A model generated the notes under the pieces. That model did not search any database. It saw nothing but the letters and a program-made list of their open reading frames with translations, and was not told the origin of the DNA. A stretch of DNA of 31,674 bases from Octopus sinensis. Lineage: Eukaryota. The stretch is taken from the NCBI RefSeq assembly GCF_006345805.1, contig NW_021833348.1, forward strand, positions 1-31,674, in the 5' to 3' direction. A program made the translations under genes and the position numbers. Below, piece by piece: positions 21,112-31,674 of this stretch. Within the stretch, counting starts at the first letter, position 1; every line of letters begins with the position of its first letter.

Positions 21112-21520
21112 TTATTGCCCACAGAGAGCTAAGCATAGAAGGGACAAATAAGGGCAGACAAAGGGATTCAGTCGATTAGACTTAATCCCTTTGTAACTGG
21201 TACTTATTTAATCGACCCCCGAAAGGATGAAAGGCAAAGTCGACCGCGGCGGAATTTGAACTCAGAACGTAAAGACAGACGAAATACCTATTTCTTTATA
21301 ACCCACAAGAGGCTAAACACAGAGAGGACAAACAAGGACAAACAAACGGATTAAGTCGATTATATCGACCCCAGTGCGTAACTGGTACTTATTTAATCGA
21401 CCCCGAAAGTATGAAAGGCAAAGTCGACCTCGGCGGAATTTGAACTCAGAACGTAGCGGCAGACGAAATACCGCTAAGTATTTCGCCCGGCGAGCTAACG
21501 ATTCTGCCAGCTCGCCGCCT
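21112..21520 (-). mobile_element. SINE family D dimer (head plus two units)
   Basis: Same unit junction GAAATAG-GTATTTCG as in the large array. Confidence 0.85.
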
Positions 21521-22004
21521 TTCCGCCTTTCCGCCTTCCCGCCAGCTCGCTGCCTATTGGAGGAGAGAAATATTGAATAACTTCAATGCATTTGACAGTG
21601 AGAAAGAAACGAGGACGGTTGTCTTATGATGTGCTAGAAACGACAGCCAAATCTCTCTTAAACCACTCACTTTTTCCTCTTAAAATATTAACAATATTAA
21701 AAATATTTTTACACGCATAATTTTTGTCTTATGATACTCTCGTATTGCATTACTATTTATATATATATATATATATGTGTGTATATATATTGGTAAAAAC
21801 GGTAAGATAACAAAAGAAAGAAGGAGACCTCAATATTATGTAAATAGAGGAAATTTATCTGTAAAATAATATGTGACAATTATTCAATAGCCAAGATAAA
21901 TCTCTGAGTTTCGGATAACCGAAGAGATCGTGTTGTTGATTTCCAATTTCGTATCCGAAACTCAGATTTTATCTTGGCTATTGTATAATTGTCACATATT
22001 AATT

Positions 22005-22075
<71 letters not shown>

Positions 22076-22087
22076 TTTATATCTCCT

Positions 22088-22490
22088 TTACTCTTTTACT
22101 TGTTTCAGTCATTTGACTGCGGCCATGCTGGAGCACCGCCTTTAGTCGAGCAAATCGACCCCGGGACTTATTCTTTGTAAGCCTAGTACTTATTCTATCG
22201 GACTCTATTGCCGAACCGCTAAGTGACGGGGACGTAAACACACCAGCATCGGTTGTCAAGCAATGCTAGTGGGACAAACAGAGACATACAAACACACACA
22301 CGCATATATATATATATACATATATACGACGGAGTTCTTTCAGTTTCCGTCTACCCAATCCACTCACAAGGCTTTGGTCGTCCCGAGGCTATAGTGGAAG
22401 ACACTTGCCCAAGGCGCCACGCAGTGGGACTGAACCTGAACCATGTGGTTGGTAAGCAAGCTACTTACCACACAGCCCTTCTTCTGCACC
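22088..22490 (-). mobile_element. SINE family B
   Basis: Full reverse-complement copy. Confidence 0.9.
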
Positions 22491-22849
22491 TATATTATTT
22501 ATATATATATAATATATATATATATATTATATATATAGTATATATATATATATATATATAACATTATATATACACAAGAGCCACTCCTGTCCCTATTGAG
22601 TGTTTTTCTTTACTGTTTAGTGAGTGATTTGCACAAATGATTCGTTTATAATGATCAAACGTTTGTTCTGTATATAAGCTCACTTCCTCCTTTGAATCGC
22701 TGTTGTCTGAACAGGTGCATGGTGCACCACATGTCAGGTGTTAATTCGATCTCAGAGCAATGTGAGATTAAGTGTTTTGCTTGAGAACATAGCACACCCC
22801 TTGCTCCAGGAATTGAAACAAGATTTTGTATGCAACGCCCTTTTTTTTA

Positions 22850-23170
22850 AAGACTCCGTCGGTTACGACGACGAGGGTCCCAGCTGATACGATCAACGGA
22901 ACAGCTTGCTCGTGAAATTAACGTGCAAGTGGCTGAGCACTCCACAGACACGTGTACCCTTAACGTAGTTCTCGGGGATAATCAGCGTGACACAGAGAGT
23001 GACAAGGCTGACCCCTTTGAAATACAAGTACAACTCATTTTTGCCAGCTGAGTGGACTGGAGCAACGTGAAATAAAGTCTTGCTCAAGGACACAACGCGT
23101 CGCCGGAATCGAACTCACAACCTTACGATCATGAGCCGAATGCCCTAACCACTAAGCCGCGCGCCCTCAC

Positions 23171-23204
<34 letters not shown>

Positions 23205-23251
23205 CTATTATATATTAATATATATAATATATATATATATATTATATATAT

Positions 23252-23303
<52 letters not shown>

Positions 23304-23312
23304 ATATATATA

Positions 23313-23350
<38 letters not shown>

Positions 23351-23667
23351 CTCCGCCGGTTACGACGACGAGGGTCCCAGCTGATACGATCAACGGAACA
23401 GCTTGCTCGTGAAATTACGTGCAAATGGCTGAGCATTCCACAGACACGTGTACCCTTAACGTAGTTCTCGGGATACTCAGCGTGGCACAGAGAGTGACAA
23501 GGCTGACCCCTTTGAAATACAAGTACAACTCATTTTTGCCAGCTGAGTGGACTGGAGCAACGTGAAATAAAGTGTCTTGCTCAAGGACACAACGCGTCGC
23601 CGGGAATCGAACTCACAACCTTACGATCATGAGCCGAATGCCCTAACCACTAAGCCACGCGCCCTCT
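22850..23667 (-). mobile_element. Two near-identical family-A-type SINEs (22850-23170, 23348-23667) separated by (TA)n
   Basis: Direct alignment by eye; head shared with 1882-2225 but the 3' tail differs. Confidence 0.88.
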
Positions 23668-23753
23668 GCAACGCCCTAAAAAAGCCGGTCATGCACTCTC
23701 ACAGTACAGATGCGTATGTCTGTGTGTCTGTGTGTGCGTGTGTGTGTGTGCGG

Positions 23754-24047
23754 AGGCGCAATGGCCCAGTGGTTAGGGCAGCGGACTCGCGGTCGTAGGA
23801 TCGCGGTTTCGATTCCCAGACCGGGCGTTGTGAGTGTTTATTGAGCGAAAACACCTAAAAGCTCCAAGAGGCCCGGCAGGGGTTGGTGGCGATCCCTGCT
23901 GTACTCTTTCACCACTTTTTCTCCCAGTCTTTCTTCTGTTGGCCTCCTCGCTTAACCAGCGGGGTGGAGTCATTTGAAGGCTAAAACAATGCGAACGCAT
24001 TGTGTCCTGCGATGTGTAACTACATCTGATGGACTCGTCAGTCACGT

Positions 24048-24050
<3 letters not shown>
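23754..24050 (+). mobile_element. SINE family C
   Basis: Matches 14633-14882. Confidence 0.88.
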
Positions 24051-24079
<29 letters not shown>

Positions 24080-24471
24080 CTAGCAGTATCGACCGGCGTT
24101 GCTCGGGTCTATAAGGGAAATAACTATAAAGCATTTTTAGAGAGTTATAGCCAAAAAATAGCAAAAAATGCATTAAAAATGGAAAAAAATTATGGTAAAT
24201 TTTTTTTTAAATCGTTGACTCATCGTAGACATTTTTAGAGAGTTACTTCCCTTTATTAAAAAATAAATGCATTAAAATGGGAAAAAATGATGGTAAATTA
24301 TTTTTAAAATCGTAGACTCATCGTAGACGCGCGCTAATACCCAGAAGGGCTCGATATGAATCACGACTATAAGATACCCGGTTTTGGTTAAACTGCATCG
24401 CAAAATGTGGGAGTAGTTAGGAATCTAAATCGGAGTAGACAGACACACAACCTTGCTTTTATATATAAAGA
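24080..24471 (-). mobile_element. Complete non-autonomous Helitron (392 bp)
   Basis: 5' TC(TTTATATATAAAAG) preceded by A; 3' hairpin ccgagcaacgccgg then CTAG followed by T. The 3' end resembles 12689-12715. Confidence 0.8.
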
Positions 24472-24833
24472 TATATACTACTAATATAGGATGAAGTTTT
24501 TTTACAAAAAAAATTCCATTAAAAAATGTGGCAGCATATTAAAATACCTTTACGGTTAAAATTAGAAAATTATTTCAATGCTAATATGCTGATGACAGAC
24601 TTTTAAATCATCAATTTCCACATATTAATTACACGCTACAGAAAAAAATTTCGAAATTGATTCAATATAGAATTAACGAATTTTTTTTTAAATTTTATCG
24701 GCCGGCTTTCCCCGATTTCAGTTTTTCGTGTTTTTTCTGTAGCGAGTAATTAATATGTGGAAATTGACGATTTAAAAGTCTGTTATCAGCATATTGGCAT
24801 TGAAATAATTTTCTTTAGCTCTTATTTATAAGT

Positions 24834-24872
<39 letters not shown>

Positions 24873-24874
<2 letters not shown>

Positions 24875-25068
24875 CTTTATTGCCCACAAGGGGCTAAACA
24901 TAGAGGGGACAAACAAGGACAGACAAAGGGATTAAGTCGATTACATCGACCCCAGTGCGAAACTGGTACTTTATTTATCGACCCCGAAAGGATGAAAGTC
25001 AAAATCGACCTCGGCGGAATTTGAACTCAGAACGTAGCGGCGGAGGAAATACCGCTAAGCATTTCGCA
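24873..25068 (-). mobile_element. SINE family D unit, head-to-head with the array at 25163
   Basis: Reverse complement of the array unit, separated from it by (CATA)n. Confidence 0.85.
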
Positions 25069-25162
25069 TACATACATAAATACATACATACATACATACA
25101 TACATACATACATACATACATACATACATACATACATACATACACATATGTAGATATATATA

Positions 25163-25950
25163 AGGCGGCGAGCTGGCAGACACGTTAGCGCGCCGGGCGA
25201 AATGCTTAGCGGTATTTCGTATGTCGTTACGTTCTGAGTTCAAATTCCGCCGAGGTCAACTTTGCCTTTCATCCTTTCGGGGTCGATAAATTAAGTACCA
25301 GTTACGCACTGGGGTCGATGTAATCGACTTAATACTTATGTCTGTCCTTGTTTGTCCCCTCTGTGTTTAGCCCCTTGTGGGTAATAAGAAATAGAAATAG
25401 GTATTTCGGTGTCGTTACGATTCTGAGTTCAATTTTCGCCGAGGTCAACTTTGCCTTTCATCCTTTCGGGGTCGATAAATTAAGTACCAGTTACGCTGGG
25501 TCGATGTAATCGACTTAATACCTATGTCTGTCCTTGTTTGTCCCCTCTGTGTTTAGCCCCTTGTGGGTAATAAAGAAATAGAAATAGGTATTTCGGTGTC
25601 GTTACGTTCTGAGTTCAAATTTCGCCGAGGTCAACTTTGCCTTTCATCCTTTCGGGGTCGATAAATTAAGTACCAGTTACGCACTGGGGTCGATGTAATC
25701 GACTTAATACCTATGTCTGTCCTTGTTTGTCCCCTCTGTGTTTAGCCCCTTGTGGGTAATAAAGAAATAGAAATAGGTATTTCGGTGTCGTTACGTTCTG
25801 AGTTCAAATTTCGCCGAGGTCAACTTTGCCTTTCATCCTTTCGGGGTCGATAAATTAAGTACCAGTTTCGCACTGGGGGCGATATAATCGACTCAATCCC
25901 TTCGTCTGTCTTTGTTTGTCCCCTCTATGTTTAGCCCCTTGTGGACAGTA
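25163..25950 (+). repeat. SINE-D tandem array 1: one head plus 4 units of about 188 bp
   Basis: B-box GAGTTCAA recurs at about 25236, 25426, 25612 and 25800. Confidence 0.92.
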
Positions 25951-26545
25951 AATTAATATATATATATGTACATATGACAAAGGATCGGAAGTTGTAGCAA
26001 TTTACTGTACTTGAGATGTGTCAAGCCAAGTAAAACTAATACCAACCCATACATACAGCCTCGTCCTCTACAGGGGACAGTGCCGCATAAAATGCATTCG
26101 TATCAGTGCTGTGTAATCGCACCTGTGACGGTGGCACGTAAAAAGCACCCAGCATACTCTGTAAAGTGGTTGGCGTTAGGAAAGCCATCCATTTATAGAA
26201 ACCATATTACAAGAGACAATTGGGGGTCTTGCCAGCTCCTGTCAAACCGTTCAACTCATGCTAGCATGGAAAATTAACGCTAAACCAGTTAAACGAAACA
26301 TGGGAACACAGAATAGGATTGGCACTGCTGAAATTCGAACTGGCCAAGATATCCCGTGCGTCATAATAATACGAACTGTATAACTGCTTTGGGGGTTAAA
26401 GCGGAGCCGTCATTGACTCGAGAGTATAATTTCCGGAGTTTGTTTCCTGTAAAAAAGAATGACAGTCAAACTGATAAATGGTTTGCCATCTTATATATAA
26501 CATTAGCTACTGATCATATAACCTCTCAATCACCCTACACTTCGC

Positions 26546-26612
<67 letters not shown>

Positions 26613-26906
26613 ACACACACATACACACATACACATACACATATACGTACAATGACACATATACATACACATTTATGCAAATTCACATAGATGTCACAAA
26701 CAAATTCTGTGAAGTTTTGTAAATTCAGTTCTACACTATTTGACAGATGTTTGTATAATACTGGGAGTGGAAGTTTGTATGCGTAATGTGGCTTTTACAT
26801 GTTTTAATCAGAAGGCAGTGGCCATGCTGGGGCACCGCGATGAACAAGTCTAGTTGAACTAATCGACCCCAATGCTTTCCTTTCGATGTGGTATTTATTC
26901 TATCAG

Positions 26907-29166
26907 GGCGGCGAGCTGGCAGAATCGTTAGCACGCCGGGCGAAATGCTTAGCGGTATTTCGTCTGCCGTTACGTTGTGAGTTCAAATTCCGCCGAGGTC
27001 GACTTTGCCTTTCATCCTTTCGGGGTCGATAAATTAAGTACCAGTTACTCACTGGGGTCGATGTAATCGACTTAATACCTATGTCTGTCCTTTTTTGTCC
27101 CCTCTGTGTTTAGCCCCTTGTGGGTAATAAAGAAATAGGTATTTCGTCAGCCGTTACGTTCTGAGTTCAAATTCCGCCGAGGTCGACTTTGCCTTTCATC
27201 CTTTCGGGGTTGATTAAATAAGTACCGTTACGCACTGGGGTCCATATAATCGATTTAATCCGTTTGTTGTGTCTGTTTTTCCCTTTTGTTTTATAGCCCC
27301 TTGTAGGTAGTAAAGAAATAGGTATTTCGTCTGCCGCTACGTTCTGAGTTCAAATTCCGCCGAAGTCGACTTGCTTTCATCATCCTTTCGGGGTCGATAA
27401 ATTAAGTACCAGTTACACACTAGGGTCGATGTAATCGACTTAATACCTATGTCTGTCCTTTTTTGTCCCCTCTGTGTTTAGCCCCTTGTGGGTAATAAAG
27501 AAATAGGTATTTCGTCAGCCGTTACGTTCTGAGTTCAAATTCCGCCGAGGTCGACTTTGCCTTTCATCCTTTCGGGGTTGATTAAATAAGTACCAGTTAC
27601 GCACTGGGGTCCATATAATCGATTTAATCCGTTTGTCTGTCCTTGTTTGTCCCTTTTGTGTTTAGCCCCTTGTAGGTAGTAAAGAAATAGGTATTTCGTC
27701 TGCCGCTACGTTCTGAGTTCAAATTCCGCCGAAGTCGACTTTGCCTTTCATCCTTTCGGGGTCGATAAATTAAGTACCAGTTACACACTGGGGTCGATGT
27801 AATCGACTTAATCCGTTTGTCTGTCCTTGTTTGTCCTCTCTGTATTTAGCCCCTTGTGGGTAGTAAAGAAATGGGTATTTCGTCTGCCGTTACGTTCTGA
27901 GTTCAAATTCCGCCGAGGTCGACTTTGCCTTTCATCCTTTCGGGGTCGATAAATTAAGTACCACTTACACACTGGGGTCGATGTAATCGACTTAATACCT
28001 ATGTCTGTCCTTTTTTGTCCCCTCTGTGTTTAGCCCCTTGTGGGTAATAAAGAAATAGGTATTTCGTCAGCCGTTACGTTCTGAGTTCAAATTCCGTCGA
28101 GGTCGACTTTGCCTTTCATCCTTTCGGGGTCGATAAATTAAGTACCAGTTACGCACTGGGGTCGATTTAATCGACTTAATACCTATGTCTGTCCTTGTTT
28201 GTCCCCTCTGTGTTTAGCCCCTTGTGGGTAATAAAGAAATAGGTATTTCGTCAGCCGTTACGTTCTGAGTTCAAATTCCGCCGAGGTCGACTTTGCCTTT
28301 CATCCTTTCGGGGTTGATTAAATAAGTACCAGTTACGCACTGGGGTCCATATAATCGACTTAATCCGTTTGTCTGTCCTTGTTTGTCCCCTCTGTGTTTA
28401 GCCCCTTGTGGGTAATAAAGAAATAGGTATTTCGTCTGCCGTTACGTTCTGAGTTCAAATTCCGCCGAGGTCGACTTTGCCTTTCATCCTTTCGGGATCG
28501 ATAAATTACGTACCAGTTACGCACTGGGGTCGATGTAATCGACTTAATACCTATGTCTGTCCTTTTTTGTCCCCTCTGTGTTTAGCCCCTAGTGGGTAAT
28601 AAAGAAATAGGTATTTCGTCGGCCGTTACGTTCTGAGTTCAAATTCCGCCGAGGTCGACTTTGCCTTTCATCCTTTCGGGGTTGATTAAATAAGTACCAG
28701 TTACGCACTGGGATCCATATAATCGACTTAATCCGTTTGTCTGTCCTTGTTTGTCCCCTCTGTGTTTAGCCCCTTGTGGGTAATAAAGAAATAGGTATTT
28801 CGTCAGCCGTTACGTTCTGAGTTCAAATTCCGCCGAGGTCGACTTTGCCTTTCATCCTTTCGGGGTTGATTAAATAAGTACCAGTTACGCACTGGGGTCC
28901 ATATAATCGATTTAATCCGTTTGTCTGTCCTTGTTTGTCCCTTTTGTGTTTAGCCCCTTGTGGGTAGTAAAGAAATGGGTATTTCGTCTGCCGTTACGTC
29001 CTGAGTTCAAATTCCGCCGAGGTCGACGTTGCCTTTCATCCTTTCGGGGTCGATTAAATAAGTACCAGTTACACACTGGGGTCGATGTAATCGACTTAAT
29101 ACCTATGTCTGTCCTTGTTTGTCCTCTCTGTATTTAGCCCCTTGTGGGTAGTAAAGAAATAGGTAT
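26907..29166 (+). repeat. SINE-D tandem array 2: one head plus 12 units of 184 bp
   Basis: GAGTTCAA at 26979, 27163, 27346, 27531, 27715, 27899, 28083, 28267, 28451, 28635, 28819 and 29003. Confidence 0.95.
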
Positions 29167-29248
29167 TTATTCTATCAGTTACTTTTACCAAACCACTAAG
29201 TTACAGTTTCCATGACCAAGTTTTTGTATAGACCTTTCGTCATTGTTA

Positions 29249-29826
29249 TTGGGTTGTCCGGAAAGTTCGTGCCGATTTTTAAAGGAAAGAAAAAGGTCAA
29301 TAAATACTTGCCCTTACCCAAGCTTTACCAGGTGCTCATGAACGACGGATTTTGATAGGTTGAGGCTTTCTGCTAATTCTCGGGTTGTGCAATGTGTGTT
29401 ATTCTCAATTAATGACTTGATTTGGTCATCATCTGTACTTGATGGTCTGCCTGATCACTCTTTATCAATAAGGCTACAATCTCCAGATCGGAACCTTGCG
29501 AACCACTTCCGTACAGTTCTTTCGGATAAAGAAACATCACCGTAAACTGCGCATATTTCTTTGGTTGCTTGTGAGGCATTTTTCCCTTTACGGTAAAATA
29601 AAAGCATCAAGTGCCGAAAATGAACTTTCTTATCTTCCATTTTAAAGGGTTACAGAATTAACACAGGTTATAGGAACATAAACCTTCTTCCACGAAAATG
29701 TAGCTTAATCTATACTCTATCTATATGGAGGTGTAGTCAAATCCTATTTTATGGACTCAACCATGTTCTAAAATAAGTCGAAATTTAAGCTACTAAAAAT
29801 CGGCACGAACTTTCCGGACAACCCAA
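29249..29826 (-). mobile_element. Internally deleted mariner transposon (578 bp, mellifera-like)
   Basis: Perfect 33-bp TIRs TTGGGTTGTCCGGAAAGTTCGTGCCGATTTTTA and TA TSDs. Transposase N-terminus MEDKKVHFRHLMLLFYRKGKNASQA...WFARFRSGD with one stop before SGRPS; catalytic domain missing. Confidence 0.95.
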
Positions 29827-29840
29827 TATTTGGAGCTTAC

Positions 29841-30660
29841 CCACCGCATTACGGTGGTTTCCTTTTAAGTCAATGAAAGTTGTGATAGAGACACTGAGTA
29901 CTTGCACCTGAGGTGGAATGTTAGGTGGAGGGTACGGAAAATCTTTCGGTGTGATGTTGGTATTTTCATGTACGTATTTCATTAGGGCTTCGTTTCGTTG
30001 TTTGTGTTGATTGCAGTGAGCTTCACTATTGTTTTCGACGGTGGTTTTGTACGTGAAATGTTGCTCCTTCAGGCAAGTGGATTATACCTGGAATGCTTTC
30101 AAGGGTCTTCTAATTTCCCTGGATTAAAAGTTCCAGACCCTGTCCACACCAGTTTTGTTGGTGTAGTTTATTTATCTGTAGTATATCGATGTTTTCCTCG
30201 TTATTAAGCACGACGGCCGCCACCACCCAAAGGACGTCAGTCTCAGGGGGTACCTCTCCAATCTTTATTTTTGATACTCGCCGTCCGAGGTACGTCGGCA
30301 GGATAAAGTCATTAAGCCTAACAGTCTGTAGTATATCGATGTTTTCCTCGTTATTAAGCACGACGGCCGCCACCACCCAAAGGACGTCAGTCTCAGGGGG
30401 TACCTCTCCAATCTTTATTTTTGATACTCGCCGTCCGAGGTACGTCGGCAGGATAAAGTCATTAAGCCTAACAGTCTGTAGTATATCGATGTTTTCCTCG
30501 TTATTAAGCACGACGGCCGCCACCACCCAAAGGACGTCAGTCTCAGGGGGTACCTCTCCAATCTTTATTTTTGATACTCGCCGTCCGAGGTATGTCGGCA
30601 GGATAAAGCTATTAAACCTAACAGTCTCGGTTTCGCAGCTGTAGCTAAAGTACAATAAGA
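29841..30660 (-). pseudogene. Disrupted ORF, possibly non-LTR ORF1/gag-like, with an internal 3 x 150-bp tandem repeat (30176-30627)
   Basis: The repeat is seen directly. The coding-like sequence continues across a stop and a frameshift. The ORF1 assignment is a low-certainty impression. Confidence 0.4.
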
Positions 30661-30662
30661 GC

Positions 30663-31026
30663 AACGTAAAAACAGACGAAATGCCTATTTCTTTACTGCC
30701 CACAAGGGGCTAAACACAGAGAGGACAAACAAGGACAGACAAACGGATTAAGTCAGTTATATCGACCCCAGTGCGTAACTGGTACTTATTTAATCGAGCC
30801 CGAAAGGATGAAAGGCAAAGTCGACCTTGGCGGGATTTGAACTCAGAACGTAACGGCAGACGAAATACCTATTTCTTTACTACCCACAAGGGGCTAAACA
30901 CAGAGAGAACAAACAAGGACAGACAAACGGATTAAGTCGATTACATCGACCCCAATGCGTAACTGGTACTTATTTAATCGACCCCGAAAGGCAAAGTCGA
31001 CCTCGGCGGAATTTGAACTCAGAACG
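30663..31026 (-). mobile_element. Headless SINE-D multimer (about 2 units plus a partial)
   Basis: Junction GAAATAGG(T/C)ATTTCGTCTG at about 30680 and 30865. Confidence 0.85.
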
Positions 31027-31473
31027 CACACAGACGTTCTCCTATTAGCTGCCACACCATTAGGAAAAATACGGTACATATATAAAATATTGAAAACGTT
31101 GCCTTAAAAAGTACGAAACTAGGATTGAAAAATGCGCATGCTCAAAAGGGTTATAGAATACCATAAAAAACCCTAAAGAGTATGGGTCTAGCATTGTTGC
31201 ACAAGAATATTGGAATCACCAGTTCCTCGGAATTAAGTTATATTAAAAATTAATTAAGTGAAATTATTTTATTCTCAATTTTAACAAAACAGTTGTGTAC
31301 AAATACTAATATCATCTCATGAATGATATTTTTTTTTAATTTACAAGTAATCAATCAAAAATAATTTAGTGATGATTTATTTAATTCGCACAACTTTTCC
31401 ATTAATATGTGTATCATAATGCGAATTCTCTTTGCTTATAATTATTTCGGTTTCGTACTTTCGCTGTTATATA

Positions 31474-31635
31474 CTGGATTGGTGCATAATTATTGCGGCT
31501 TTTTTTTCAACAAATTTTATTCAACGAAGACAATAGCAACATGTAACAAAAAAAATCTTTGATTATTCCGGAGCATATTCACCATCCACTTCAATTACTG
31601 CTTCCCCTTTGCTTGGCAGACGGTCAGACCATCAT
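31474..31635 (-). mobile_element. Mariner 3' end fragment (different family from 29249)
   Basis: TA followed by TIR-like CTGGATTGGTGCATAATTATTGCGG; the minus strand encodes DRLPSK.EAVIEVDGEYAPE*, a typical mariner C-terminus. Confidence 0.75.
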
Positions 31636-31674
31636 TTAAAGATGTTTTTGTTAAATATTGTTTTGTTGAATAAA

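Noticed and set aside
24589-24670. CTGATGA within a foldback arm
   Set aside because: No compatible stem II or stem III with the next GAAA.
25163-29166. Regular repeat array as a CRISPR-like locus
   Set aside because: Units are contiguous SINE copies with no unique spacers, in a eukaryotic context with no cas genes.
29836-30087. GT-AG bounded segment as a 5' exon of the VWA gene
   Set aside because: All three frames from the acceptor at 30088 contain stops; the sequence is continuous with the disrupted ORF upstream.

Overview
AT-rich, microsatellite-dense animal genomic DNA. The SINE families and repeat landscape look like an octopus/cephalopod genome (inference). The window holds most of one spliced minus-strand gene. 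I reconstructed 11 exons by hand (19808 down to 967, all GT-AG and phase-compatible, 2202 nt, about 733 aa, 5' end unresolved). It encodes an unknown N-terminal segment, a VWA domain with an intact MIDAS motif, three tandem 120-codon modules of an unnamed PPC-like fold, two Cys linker exons and a GPI-anchor-like tail. The introns and upstream region carry a 5'-truncated LINE with an open RT ORF, RTE fragments, Helitron pieces, mariner remnants, MITE-like and foldback elements, at least four tRNA-derived SINE families, and a 184-bp SINE-derived tandem array whose junction recurs at dispersed loci. Several Penelope-type hammerhead ribozyme motifs are also present, including a head-to-head pair in a 160-bp inverted repeat. 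All calls are by eye; no searches or folding were run.
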